Part shown: piece by piece, positions 1 through 14,690 of the stretch | How the letters are laid out: each line of letters starts with the position of its first letter | Numbering within the stretch: the stretch's first letter is position 1 | From: Chrysomallon squamiferum | Taxonomy: Eukaryota; Animalia; Mollusca | Reading direction: 5' to 3' | Length of the DNA stretch: 64,000 bases | Assembly: GCA_012295275.1 (NCBI GenBank) | Contig: CM022670.1 | Span: 41,478,001-41,542,000, forward strand | Notes under the pieces: generated by a model | What the model saw: only the letters and a program-made list of their open reading frames with translations | The model's database searches: none | Told to the model about the DNA's origin: nothing | Position numbers and translations under genes: made by a program

Positions 1-1680
1 TATTGTTAAGTTTAAGGCAGCATGTATTTGTGTTGTAAATAGAATTAAACTTGTCGGTTATTAAAAAATAAAAATAGCTTCATGGTCTCGTTGTGTTAGA
101 ATTGTTACAGTATCAGTTTCAGTTTTTAATGGCATGTTATTAAAAATTATGTGGTGATAATTACAGAAATAATATTGTGTTACTCAGCGTATTTCAGCTT
201 GTAACATGACTTTCTTAATGCTGATAGAGCTTGTTAAATCAGTGACAGTTTTATGCAGAATATGATGTAAGCATGTTAGCCCAGGTTTCAGTCATAAAAC
301 CTGATGCATAACAACAGATGGTTCAAATTGATGGGGGAAAAAACCCAACCTCTCCATGTTGCACTACAGGTCTCTCCCTGTCACAAATGTACTGCACAGA
401 CTGAGCCTCCAATCGCTATGTCGGTGAGCGACAGTGTTAAGTGATGTGTATATAAGTGGGTTGGACTGAGCTGTCAGGTTGAAATGTGTCAATCAACATC
501 ATCCTGTACGATGTTTACAGCTAGCCTTGGGGGATTCCCTGATTGGGGTAGGAGATTATTCCCCCCTGTCAGCCAGGTATTGACATGCGATGTTGGGATC
601 ACTAATTGCAGGTGTATCACTGTGGTGCATTTTCATTGACTGATTGAGCTATTTTTGGTGATTATCGGAAAATCTGGAAAGTCTAACCACAGGAGGGGGT
701 GGTTTCACAAAACAGATCTCTTTTCCGCTTTCTGAGCAATGAGAATAGGGGTTTCCTAGTGCATCGCAAATGTGTTACTTAAGAATTGTTATGTAAACTT
801 TGTCTTTTGACTTGATTACAATGCATATATACAAATGTTATCATAGAGACAATAAAATTAATTATTTTTACAAGGGGATCAAATTAAACGTACATTGCAA
901 CAAATTTGAATATTTTGCCATGTTTATTCATGGATGGAAAACATTAATGAATAAGTTATACATTGTACATTTTGATGTTGTAGATTTTTACTAAGTACCA
1001 AAACATAAATATTTATTGTAAATTACTACTTTGACATTCATGGAAAGCTGTTTCAGGATTAATTTTATTTTATTTTATTTTATTTTTTTATTTTTCTAAA
1101 AAATAATTAGAATTTTTTGAGGGATGGGTTTTTTAAATGTTTAACAAAAACGAAAGAAAAACAACAAAAAAACTTGAAAAACATTTTTAATTAGTATTGC
1201 TTTTATTTATTTATTTATTTATTTAATTTCCAAAATTATTAATTTATTATTGTTTTATTATTATTATTTTTTTTTTTTTGTCAATATTTTTAAAGATATA
1301 TTCACTGCGTAAAATGATTTTCTTTTAAAGAGATTATTAATTTCGGCCGATATTATTTTCTTACCAGGTATTTGGAACTGTTCCAGAACTAGATATAGGA
1401 ACATATTTTTTTGTTATTTTTTCAAAAAAACTTATCCCAGAATGTATCACTTTGTTTCATCTAGCAACACATGTTTGAAACTGCTGGGTTCAGATGTTGG
1501 AATAATATTACTAATTGAAGTAATTAAGCCACCCACTGTCTGCCTTGAGTTGTTAATACTACTCTACACTTAGTGATCTTAGTCCTATCATTTGTAACAC
1601 ACGTGTTTTTACTTACAGGCAGTGCACCTTGCATTGTCCACATGCTCCACCATCATAACTGAAATACACTGCACAGTTTA

Positions 1681-1945
1681 ACAAATACACATTTCTAATA
1701 CACCTGTGTGTCTCCACATAAATACACTAGCAGCACTCTAATTATTTCTAATACAAAGATATATTCCCAGAGCACAAATATGTTCCCAATATATTCCCAG
1801 TATATAAATATATTCCCAGGGTGCAAATATATTTCTAATACATAAATGTATTTCTAATACACCAATGTTTTCCCAATATACAAATATATTCCTAATATGT
1901 AAATATAGTTCCAGTATACAGATATATTCCTAATACATATGTATT
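1681..1945. repeat. Degenerate ~20-bp minisatellite (atattcc(c/t)a(g/a)ta(t/c)a(c/t)aaat)
   Basis: About ten visible periodic copies. Confidence 0.75.
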
Positions 1946-2409
1946 GATTATTTTTAGTAAATTGATCTAGTTCTAATATACTGATTTCAAATATTTTTTG
2001 ATTCATTAAATTCACTTCTAATATTCTGATAATTGTCTTATACAACTAGATAACATTAGCACAAATACATTTTACTGGACATATATCTAGTATATAGATA
2101 AATACATAAGTCATAGAAAACTTTCTATGTTTACAAATATATATTTTACTATACAGTGTCATTTTCTATACAAACAATTGTTTTATGAAATATAATTATT
2201 TCTAAAGATTTTAACAAATAACATTTTTGTTGATGAAGCTTTTTATTAGATACTAAACTAACTGACTGACCTTTTAAAATTTGCGTTTTGTATTTAAGTT
2301 ATAGCAAAAATTAATGTAATGTCCATTCATAATAGATGGTTAACTTTGCTAGGTGCATTTCAGTGTATTAATACATTTTTATGTATTTTTAACGTTAATA
2401 ACAATATAA

Positions 2410-2805
2410 CTTCTACATTTCTAGCATGACTTCTTTGGAATATTTTTAAAACAACATGATGAACTTTGGTACATTTCTAATACACCAACATGAAGTTTTT
2501 CTTTTCTAATACTTGGCTTTGAGTTGTTAGATTTCTAATATTCAGCTATGAATTTTCACATTTCTAAAAACAGTTATTAATTTTTAAATTTCTAATACTT
2601 GGTCATAAAGTACTATTTTTTCTAATACAAAACCAATGAAGTTGTACATTCCTAATACTCATTTGAACTTTCATCTTTCTAAAATTATGTTAATTATTTT
2701 TCACTAAAAGTCTCATCTGAATTTTTACCATTCCAAAAAACCCCCCAACTTGGCTATAGTTGTTTACATTTCTAATACTCATCTTTGAATTATTATATTC
2801 CTAGT
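2410..2805. repeat. Degenerate ~30-bp minisatellite with core ACATTTCTAATAC
   Basis: Core recurs at ~2470, 2503, 2531, 2558, 2588, 2620, 2646, 2765. Confidence 0.7.
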
Positions 2806-4299
2806 CAAGTATAGCTTTACAGCTGTGTATTTTTAAAGTATGAGAAAAACTTTATTACTGTTTTGTCTTCTTTTGTCTGTGCTTTCTACATCACTGTGTG
2901 TATATCTACGTTATAAAGAATGCTTTGAAGTTGTCAATGCAGGAACAAGCCAAGTGTTTTAGGTAGCAGTGAAAAATGAAAAATTGTTGTCTGGCATAAC
3001 TATCACTGTGTTAGTTAAATTACAGCGGGATAGATGAGAGATTTTATTTTTAACATTTTGTGCTTGTTTGAAATGGAGAACCAGATATGATGGCTATCTG
3101 ACGCCAGTACAGGAAAGACTCTGCCAGGTAAAAAACAAAGAACATCAGTTGTTGAAAATTGTTTTAAGTTTATCAAAATCTTATCTCTGATGTGGTAAAT
3201 GTACGTTTCTTACATCTTGTTATTGTTTCTGATTTATAAGTTTGTTTGTTTGTTTTTATCAATATTTATAAATTGGTTTTTACTGTTATTTAGAAATTTG
3301 TTCTAATGTTACATGAAAATTTATTTTTACTATTATATAAATAGAATAGTTTTGTTTATTTTAATTTGGATACATCTCAGAATTAGCTTGTTTTAAATAT
3401 CACAAATGCTTTGAGAGCAGACTAAATAATAATATATACATAATTTAAATAACTTCATAGATTTGTGTTGGAAGGTATATGTTTATATTTTAATTACAAA
3501 ACTTTGATGTTGTTTGTAACTCAATATAAAACATAAATAATTACTGAACTGCATCTAACAATTGAAAGTATGATAATTATAATAATATATTTTATTTATA
3601 TTATTCTGGTGACCTGTTTCTTCTGTTTATGCTGGTATTTACAGTCTGTGTGAAAATAAGTGCACAATGGTCTCTCTTGTTTTTGGTTTAAATGACTTGG
3701 TCAACTTAATAGTGATCTATGTCACATCATTTACCTGTTACCTTGTCTTTGAAAAGTTAAATTGCTTTTTTTATTTTATTATTATTACTTTTTTTTTTTT
3801 CTCTCTCACACACACATGTACATTTCCTCTATTAATAGCAATCTAAATGACATTTTTTTGATTCTCTTAATGAAATTTCAATAATTAATTTCTTGTTCTA
3901 TTAGTATGTACCAAATTTTTAACCAAAATATTTTTAAAAATAACAATCTCTACATGAAAATTTAAATAATTTATGAATTTTTTTTTATCACTCAGGAATA
4001 GGTATTACACATACCGAACTACCTGTCATCAGTGCAATTTAATATATCATTGTGGCATCCAATTAAAGCATTTTTCAAATTATCTAAACTGTTAATCACA
4101 ATGTTTGAAATGTAGTCCTCTGTAGCCCATAAATGCATCAAATTAATAAAATTGTGCTGAATTCGGGCAAAGCTCTGAAGCGTTTACTGGGCGACGTGCT
4201 TTCTAATTACGATTATATTGATAGTTAATGGCTGCAAATACATCAAATTGTTTGAATGTTTTAATCAGAAATGCTCCATATTTATATAAAATCAATAGT

Positions 4300-4709
4300 T
4301 ACACTTGCTAAGCAAGCTTTAGATTGGTCGTGAAAAGATTTGTAAAACTCCCTACAGCTTAACTGCTTCACTATAATTATATACTGTTCATTTGTTGTAT
4401 TCTCTTTGAGGAGTGAACTCGCTGGACTGAACTGTCGCTGACAACACTGTTATTAAAATTTAAATTATAAACAGATTCTCTCATATGTTGGGCACATTTT
4501 TTTTTTTTTTTTTTTTTTGTGACACTGACTTGTAGGAGTGGCGAAGCATTGTGATATTTTTTTTATTATTTACAAAAAAAACTGGATTTATGTACATTGT
4601 CAGTGCTGACGTTGTGTTCAGGACAGTGAGGGACAGTTTTTGAATTTCTCACATGGATTGTCAGTTCGCTGGATCGTTATCTCTCAGCTCGCCGTGGATG
4701 ATGGTGAGT
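4300..4709 (+). promoter_or_regulatory. Candidate alternative promoter / non-coding 5' exon
   Basis: Locally retained CpGs, ATTGG at ~4323, Inr-like TCAGT at ~4600 and ~4660, donor ATG|GTGAGT at 4703/4704. Confidence 0.25.
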
Positions 4710-6058
4710 GAGGTCTTACTTGTATAACATGATGTGAGTTTTTCTCTCTACTTTTTGACTTAGCTTTTGCTCACATATTGATCTGTTTTCCCTCTGTCAA
4801 ACGTTTGTTATTGGCTTTCTCACTCTGATTGTAACAACTTGTGAATGGAACTTGGTCTGGTTCTTTTCTGGAGTGATTGTCTGAGAGTCTGGTATGGGTG
4901 TGTGTGTGTGTTCTGTCTGGTCGCATGCCCCTGGCTATGTGTGTGTGTGTGTGTGTGTGTGTGTCGTGTGTCACTGGGTTAGTCTGTGTGTGTGTTTGAC
5001 AGTTTGTGTGACACTGGGTGAGTGTGTTTATGAGTGTGTTTGTATTTCAAAGTTAGTATAGTGATCATATGTGACTAGGTGAATGAATGACTGGGGTTGT
5101 ATATTTGTGACTGGGCAATGGGTTTGTTTTGGGGTGAACGTATACTTGATTATTTATGGGGTGTGTAGAGTTGTGAGTTTATTTTATTTATAGATGTGTA
5201 TGCGTGTTGCAGATATGTGTTTATTTGGCTATGATTAAGAATTTATGGATATGTGTGTTTATGTTTGTGAATGTGTGTATTCATGTTTGTGAGCGTTTTA
5301 CGAATGTGTGTTGGATTAGTTTGTGGTGATTAGCAAGTCAGTGACATAGAACCTGACAAGTAGAACAGTGAAGAGTGGAACACTAAGTGTGGAACACTGA
5401 TACAGGTTTGTGTAAATGGATATTCATTAATTCGTGCAGGAAAAGCCACATCCCACTGTGGAGTATTTGATAAGCTGCCAACACCGGCAGAAGGAAACAT
5501 TTGTTACAGAGTGAAACCAGTGAAGCATGTGTTGTGCAGCGTTTAACCTGAAAACATCTTGTAAACAGAGCATGAGTACCCATATCATTTCTTAGTTTTT
5601 TTAAATTTGTCATCACTATCTATTCAGTGTTTGTTTTTAACATTTATTATTATTATTACTATTATTATTATTATTATTATTATTTTAAATCAGACATGAG
5701 GAGTTATTTTTATCATTTTCGTACTCAAAACAAAACTTTACTCTGTTTACCATTAATCATTTTTATTAGCACTGTTGTCAGTGTACTGCTAGATATGTGT
5801 ATAAACTACTGGTTTTATTTCTCCCATATCTTACAGAGAAAACATATCTGTATCATCTCACTTCACACTGACAGTATCAAACATCTGATTCCCACCTTGT
5901 CCGTCATACCACGTCCCACCCCCTTATTGTGAAACCGTCTATAAATAATTAACAGTTCTTTTCAAACACTTCTACACATTTTCATATCAGGGTCTTTCTC
6001 TTTGTGTTATTTTATATTGTTTTGTTGTTATTGTTTTTATTATTATTATTATTATTGC

Positions 6059-6089
<31 letters not shown>

Positions 6090-7647
6090 TCAGTTTAGTT
6101 TAGTTTAAATATTGCCATTATTTTTTTTGTGGGGGTTTGAACAGATGTTTTGTGTTGATAAAATTTTAATTTTCTTCTTTAACCACATTGTCCATTCTTT
6201 CATCTGTAGTTTTCAGTTAATAAATAATGAATTTATTTTATTTCATTATTGATTTTGAATTTTTTTTTTTTCCCTTTTCCAAACATGTTTTACATTGATT
6301 AAATTTTAATTTTTGTACTTAGTCACTTTGTACTCTTTTTTATTTGAATTAAATTATTTATTAATTTTCTTTTTATTTCCTTTTCTTTCTTTATTTTTAA
6401 ACATATCTTTTATGTTAAATTTCAGTTTTCATCCTCAAGTATTCGTCCACATTCTTTGTGCATTTTGAAATAAATAAATAAAAAAATGATGGAAAATAAT
6501 GAAAACTATTAAAAATTAAAGAGAGCTTATCAGCGTAAATTAAATTCACTCTTGTCCAGTTATGACAAGCTGTTTGACCTTCATTTGAACTTGAAGAGAA
6601 AATATAGCAGCTTAAATAAACACCAATAAAACTTGTTTTCAACAACTAATAAAGAGAATTTTCTATGCCTTTAATACTCCCACTAGGCCTTGAAATGTTT
6701 GAAAAGAAACAAACATTGCTCTATTGAAATGAGTTTCTACTTGAGGTTTTGAGTCACATGAACTTTAGCGTTACACTTTGATGAATTGTGAAATTGTAAA
6801 TGAAATCAAACTGGTTTGGCATACCTCAGTGTATGGATTATGATTTTGATTTCATACAAATTTTTGGATTTAAATTTAATAAAATTCCAAGACGTATGAT
6901 CACTGTTCACAGTTTCATTTGAACATTTGATTAGTGGATAAAGTAGAACAATATCAAACAGGATTTCACAGTATCTCACATCTATTTCCTACTGGTTTAC
7001 ATTTTTCAAGAGGAATTTGACTTTAAAAAAGATTCATTATAAGATTTAACTGGATTCTGAAATATTTTTAAACTGACGCAAGATTGGTAAATACTTCAGT
7101 TTTTGGATTTCATCATGGATTTTTAGATCATGTGTAACTGATTTTGATTGGTGGAGAACTGTCAGTGACACATGCTGACAGCTAACATCTGGTAGGTCTG
7201 TCAGAAAAGTGATATTTAATCATATTAGTGTGTTTGTCAATTTAAAACAACACATCAGTATACTTTTCGTCCTCTTGTAACAGTAAGCACATATAACAAG
7301 ACTTAAGCTGATTAATATCAGTAAACTATAAGTAAACTCTGAGACTGTTTTATACTTTTTAACATAACACTCCAAATCCCCTCTCCCACTGGTACACTTA
7401 AATTGACTGTCTCTCTAACCATCTTTGTTTGTATCCATGAAGTTTTAATAGTTGTCTGTTTTCAGTCACATTAAATATTTCAATTTTAATATTTTGTAAA
7501 TAAGTACATTTTATTATTATTTAAGTCTGGTTTTAATATACGTTTTTTTTTTAAGATAAACTGAAAGTACTGAAACATGTTTAAACATGAACTACTCCTG
7601 TCAGATGAGTTAAACTATCATTAGACATAAAAACTAGGAATTAAGAT

Positions 7648-7900
7648 ATCAATAAAGTTAGTATTGAACTATCTAATATCACATCAATAATGTAATGACA
7701 CATCAGTAAAGTTAGACAGTTAAACTATAACACATTGGTAAAGTTAGACAGTTAAACTATAACACATCGGTAAAGTTAGACAGTTAAACTGTGTAATAAC
7801 ACATCAGTAAAGTTAGACAGTTAAACTATAATACATCAGTAAAGTTAGACAGTTAAACCGTGTAATAACACATCAGTAAAGTTAGCATTGAACTATGTGA
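7648..7900. repeat. ~32-37-bp minisatellite (aacacatcagtaaagttagacagttaaactat)
   Basis: Five near-identical central copies with diverged outer copies. Confidence 0.9.
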
Positions 7901-9254
7901 TATCTATAAAATAAAAAAGTGTTGAATTATTTTGAATCATTAGAATCATTAAGAAAAATTTAGATAATGTTGATCTATAAAACATCTATTCATCTAAGAA
8001 GTCATCAAAATAAAATATTACTCTTCTTTTTTTTTTTGTCATTAATTTTCCTAAATAACAGTTTGCATGCTTGTCATTATTAAGTCAACTCCAGTAGAAA
8101 TTTATGCTGACAGTGAGTTTTATTAATAGTGACACTTAAAATGATCACATTAAATACAGTTGTACATGTTACATTGACAGGATTTTATCCAATCTGTTAA
8201 TTAATAGGTTTAAGAATTTTCAAAATGTACACTTAAACTGATAATATTAATATCTATATAATGATACAGTATTTTTTTTGAATCATTTGAATTTCTTTTT
8301 TATGGCAAAATTGAAGAATTTACTGTTATTATTTTTTTTTTAGAAATGAAGTAATTTATATATATATATATTTTGTTTAACCCTTTTATTATTTATTATT
8401 ATTAGAATTTTTTTTTTTTTTTTTTTTTGCAAGTTGAATATCACTTGACTTTGATTAGGTACATAAATAACAAAAATCATTCAAGGTGTTATATTAATTA
8501 TCATTTTTTATTTTAGTAAATGTTTTTGTCATGATATTCTTTCATATAGCTTAAACATCATCTTTAAGAAAGATCCACGTTGTTAAGTTTTAACTTTTTA
8601 ATAAAAAAAAAAACACACCCAGCTTTCTCTGTCATATGAAAAGCGTTTCACAACAATACAATAGAAAGATAACTTGAATGTAAAGTATATTGATTGGGAT
8701 GTTGTGTTTTTTATACACTCAAGTGAGTTTTACCTGCAAGATCAAACCCAGGTCGTGCAGTGAACTGACAGGTCAGTTAAGTACTTAATTACACAATCAA
8801 TATAATACTGCTTTTCTCAGGTTCATTGCGGCACTTAGTCTGTATTTGTAAATTACACTGATAATGATATACAATTTTTTATAATTTTTTTTTTTTTTTT
8901 TTTTTTATATTTATGACTCACAGGCTTAAGTTATTAAATTATTTATTTTTTAATATAATAAGACATATTTCATTGGCATTATTAAACTTTTTATTAGTTT
9001 TGTTCTTTATGATAAAACAAAATTAAAATTTATATGCCAAAACCCCCAAAAAACAAAAAAAAAATGATTTGATTGAATTCTGCTGATATGTAATATATAT
9101 TTGGCTGTAATATATATATAAAAAATAACTATTTATTTATTAATATTATTTATGTATCACAATTCGTATTAATTTTATTTTCATTTCTTTATTATTATTA
9201 TTGTTTTTGCAATGATCTGACATTAAAATAAAAGTAATAATAAAATCTCTCTCC

Positions 9255-9297
<43 letters not shown>

Positions 9298-11059
9298 TTT
9301 ATATCAATGTCAGAATCAAATTAAACCAAAATATTATGATAGCAATATACCTGGATTTCATTTTATATACTTTTATTTTTTGTGTTTTCGATTATTACTC
9401 AATTTAATCCTTATATTAACTAACCTTGTTTCATTTTGTGTGTGTGTGTGTGTGTGTGGTTTTCTTGTTAGCTTCCTCATATTACATTAAATCAGCTGTG
9501 ATTGACATGCAGGTGATTTTGAAAAACTTCTCTCTTGAAAACAGCAAAAGCAGAATAATGTTTAAAATGATACCTCTGATTCTTGTAGAGGTTTGAACAG
9601 GTGTAGAGTTGGCATATATGTTTGGTTTAAAGGTGATACGCAAGTGTTAATACATGTTATATCTTGTGTTATTGGTAATATATATAACTAAATTCTCTAT
9701 TGGAAACAGATCAAAAAAAGAAAGAAAAAAACCCTAAGCAAAACAACTAAAAATAATGGATTCATCTAAACATTATTAATGTTGCTAAACCTATAAAGAG
9801 AAGTAAAATGTAAAGAATTATGAAACTTCAAGTGTTTATACCTATACCTAACCCATGCACACCCCCACACAAACACACAGACACACACAAAGAACTATAT
9901 ATAATTATATACAATATAAAGGGCTTGATAAGAATATATAAATACATATAATTATGATTCATAATGTGTAATTATAATATACTGTTAAAATGAGTTACAA
10001 ATTTAAATAATTATTCCAATTAATTTAAGAAAATTAACAATTACTATGGTAACATACACTTGTTACTTTTATTAAAACACTTAATAATTTATATTCTGGG
10101 CGTTAACTTCATTTCACTGGCATTTCTTTGACATTTAACATTATGAAAAGCTTTTCATTTAATTTTTTTTATAAACAAATAAATATCACACTTGGGATAT
10201 AAAGTTAATAAGTGAGATGAAGAGAATATACTTCTTGTATTACATATGGAAAGTATATTGGGATATAGAAAGGTTTTTCAATCAGAATACCAAAAAAAAC
10301 GTAGTGTAAAATTAGAAAATGTTAGAATTCCTAATCCAAAGTAAATATAAAATTTGTTTATTACAAAACAAAACTTTTTTTGTTGTTGTTAAAATTCATC
10401 TAAAATTTAACTACCCACAGAATGCATTACACAGTCCTAGATTTGTAAATCCATCCATAATCTCTGTATATAGATATATATTTCATTAATTATTTCAGTT
10501 TCATTTGTTTGTAAACAGTCAATACTCTAACAACAGTGGTTATTGTTAAATTATGTTTCATGTTTTTTCCTTTTTTTTTTTTTTATTATTCTTTTTTTTA
10601 AAGCTCATATATATTTTAAAAAGAAGAAAGGAAAAATTGATTTATCTATCAGTTGCATTCGAAAACTTAAGAGCCAGAAGTCATTCATTTTGAAAATACA
10701 AGTGTGATAGCTAAAACAGTTTATCTAAATCAGTTTAAATAAAGTACTTGAAATGAAGATAACTTAGATCAATCTACGAGTGTGAATGCCTAGCTTTAAC
10801 TAGATCAGTTTGACTAAAATGGTTTAAATTTGGTGAACACCATGTTCTTGCTGGCACTGATTGCAAAAATAAAGTGTTTTTCTTTTTTCTTTTTTTTTTT
10901 TACTTGTATGAGATAAATGAGTGTTAGATTAACATCTGTTTTCTTGTGTTTTACAACAAGTAGTTCACATCAGGTCAACAAACTCGTAAAAACAAATAAT
11001 TACCATACATCACAATTGTTTATACTTAAAGTATGCAACCATCCCAAATATTAGTAATT

Positions 11060-11320
11060 ATGATGTATACTGTTTTAGTAGTTAGGGTGTTAGTAACAGT
11101 ATTACTAGCAGTAGTTAGTAGTAGTAGTAGTAGTTGTTGTTGTTGTTGTTGTGATTGCAGTAGGATTAGATGCATTTGTAATAATATGGTAATTGTAGCA
11201 ATAGCAGTAATAGTACTTACGGTTGTGGTAACCAAGATGGTAACAGTAGTATAGTAACAAAGTTTAGAAGTAGTATTTGTTAGTGGTAATAGTAGTATAA
11301 TAGTATGCAAAGATGTAATC
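11060..11320. repeat. Degenerate (GTA)/(GTT) low-complexity block
   Basis: Direct reading. Confidence 0.85.
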
Positions 11321-14300
11321 ATTTAAAAAAAAGAAAATAAAATAATAATAAAACAATTGTATAAAGAAAATACTCATTTTTCAAAAGCTATTTTTTCTTT
11401 CATTCCACCTTTTTTCTTTTCTCTTATTTATTTTCAACTCTACAGTTAAACAAAAACAAAAGAAAAGCATTTAAAAACTTGAAAAGTCCACATTTTAATA
11501 ATAATATTAACTTAACGTCTTACTAGGATTTGAATTTAGAATTACAAATCTAAAATCAGTAACTTCAGCACCTATGTATAAAATATACCAAAGGTGTCCA
11601 CTGTAGACAGGTTATTGCAAAGCGCAAGTTGACCTGTAATGCAGGTGCAGCTGAATTTTCTGAATTTATTTTAAGCCGTCTAATATCAATATTTTAATAC
11701 TGAAAGCTAGCTAGTGTTTTAATTAAATATTGACTAGTTAATAAAACAGAACAGTTTATCTGTAAATACTGTTAGGTTTATTTGGTATATTTCTTAACTC
11801 ATCCACTTTCCCACTAATTTGTGAAATATTTAAATACTTTCACTGTTAGAAAACCTAAATAACATTAGATTTGAAATAATTCTGAAATTATCTACCAGGT
11901 AAGTATGTAATGGTGATTATAAGAATCAGCTGTGCAATCCGATTTGTAATAATTGATTAAAATGCTTGTCTTAGATGAGTTAGTTTTTAAGATCAGTTTT
12001 TATTCATGAGTTGATTGAGTGTTTTTACCCATTCCAGATAGTACTCCTCACAAAGTGCGTTTGAGGTTTAATGTATTTTATAGTAAAGACTGTTGAGATT
12101 GATACATTCATTTGATCGGTTTTATTATTGTGATACTGAGTTTGTTTTCTGTGAGAATTTTTTTTTTTTTTTTTTTTGTAGTACTAAAAGTGAAAATTTG
12201 ACATTAGCCTAGTCCTTGACCCCAGAGTTCAAAGGTCATTTTGTGACAGTAAGAGATGCCATTATGGTTTTTAGTAGTTGTAAAAATATCTTGATTGTTA
12301 AAAGAGGGTAAGTTATTTTTTTGGTTTGAATGCTAATCAGGTATCACAGTGACCTAGACAACCAAGGGTCAGACACAATGTAAAACCAACATTAACAGTT
12401 GTAAATCTTCTCTTTTACTTTTTTCTTGTGGATGGAGTTGATGTTATTATTTTATTTATTGTTTTTATTATTACTACTGCTGTTATTACTACTACAACTT
12501 CTGTTATCACTTTTCATGTTTTTAGTATTATCAACAATATGGTGTTACTTTTATTATGACTTCTACTACTGTTATTTTTATTTTTATCTATAAGATATTT
12601 TTATAACTTTCATTACTCTTTGGCTACAATTCTAAAGTTTGTAAAAAAAAAAAAAACTATTAAAAATTATTCAAATTTGTCTTTAAGGATACTAATTTAT
12701 TTTTACAAATAATATCTTAAAGTGTTTATATTTAATGGTAAATTGTTGTTTCTTATTCTATTCATCTTTTTTTTTTTTTTTTTTTTGGAATTTTCATTTT
12801 TATTTTATTTTATTTTTTTTGTTCTTCCTTTTTTTTTTCTTCTTTTTTTTAACCGAAACAAACCACATCTTTCAGCTTTATAATTTAAGCAGCAATTAAA
12901 AAGCAAATCTGTACCTGAGGACCTTTTCCCCACTATGAGATGGAATTTAAAAAAGCAATTTACCTGTGGGTGGCCTAATCAGATTTGTTATTGAGTTTAT
13001 TAATTACTTTTTCCACCTCATTTGTTTTCTCGTGCTCTCCCATTACACACCTGTAATACATTCAAATTCTTTAATCAGCTTTTCAAATTTTCAATTGCCT
13101 TGTTATTTTATTTTAACTTTCTTGGTTATTTTTTTTTTTTAAATTAAAAAGAAAAAAGAAAAGTGAAATATAATATTTAATTTTTAGAGGAAGATTTTAA
13201 AAAGTTACATTTATTAATTTAAAAAAACAAACTTTTTCAAAATCCTTTTGTTGATACATTTCAATATTAATTTTTCAGTGCTGTCTAGTTTAATTTCTTC
13301 CATAATATTATTTTACCTGATTTTAAATTTCGTATAACTTTTATTTTAAATCAAATAAATATTTAAGTATTTAGTTCAAGGCTTTAGTGAATTTATTTAT
13401 TTATTTATTTGTCTAGTTTTAGATGACAGCAGTAGATGATTTGTAAGATTAAAGAAAATTAATTTCCGTCTCTGCTATCATCCCCATATTGCAGATGTAC
13501 GATATCTGGTTAAATTAATTTCTGTTTTTGTAACAAGATTTCTGAATAATAATAAAAAAAAAACCATAAATACTCTGTCTCTTCTCTTTTTATCATTTTT
13601 CTCACACACAGTAACTGCAGACAAACTATCGGTGTGGACAAATTGTTGTTTTGTACTTAGAATAATAAGTGAATGATCAAATTTTATTCACAGATATTCT
13701 GCATAACAGACATGCTTCAATACATTTTGTCTGTCATTTGTGGTTTTTATACTACAAAACAGTCACGCATGGTCTAAAAAAAATATATATATACAATTAC
13801 TTCAGTTTTGTATCCTATATAACAGATGGGTTTTAAACAAAAATTTAAATGTATAGTTTAAAAAAAAAAAAAATTAATTATTTTCCAGTGATTGTTATAA
13901 CCATGCTTCAGTGAACATCAGCATACTTAAATTATTTTGTATCATATAATGTTTTATATACATGACAGATGTGCTTTGAAAAGAACTAAGTGCACATTCC
14001 TTTTTTATTTCTTTTTTTTTTTTTTTTTTAACTTACATATCACACAGGCTTAGAGAGTCTTGATTTTACTGATTATTTTTAATGCAGCTTTGATTTGTAT
14101 TTTGTGCATTGGGACCAGTGCTGGTTCAGTGGTTGACAAACACATGTCAACAAGTGTGTTAAATAAATGGCGACAATAAGTGGCAGCATTTTCCGAAAAG
14201 ATTTTCAATTTCCGAGATGTTGGCGACAGTGTAAACGTGTTTACTCAGTTTGATGGCACATTAGTCCCGCAGGAATTATGAAACAAAGACACTGACAAAA

Positions 14301-14399
14301 TCAATATGCATGTTCCTCAATTGACAAAACCACACTGACACTGCCAGACTGAAGTGTCTGTCCACACACAGTTAGCACCGAGCCAGACTTCCAGGCTTG

Positions 14400-14690
14400 T
14401 CACATTAACACTGCCACTGTTCTTGTAGATTAGCACTGCTCAGCCACTATTCTTAACTTGTAGATTAACAATATAAAAGCACTATTCTTGTAGATTAACA
14501 ATGCAAGACCACTGTTCTTAACTTGTAGATAAACAATACAAGGCCACTATTCCTACATATTAACAATGCAAGGCCACTATTCCTATATATTAACAATGCA
14601 AGGCCATTATTATAGTAAGGCCTCTGTTTTTAACTTGTAGATTAACAGTAAAAAGCCACATTTGTTAACATTAACATCACTGGGCCACTG
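14400..14690. repeat. ~29-36-bp minisatellite (gccactattcttgtagattaacaatgcaag)
   Basis: About eight tandem diverged copies. Confidence 0.85.

Noticed and set aside
7648-7900. Arrays of ~30-37-bp repeats resembling CRISPR (also 14.4 kb, 34.4 kb, 63.9 kb)
   Set aside because: Head-to-tail units without unique spacers, no cas genes, eukaryotic context
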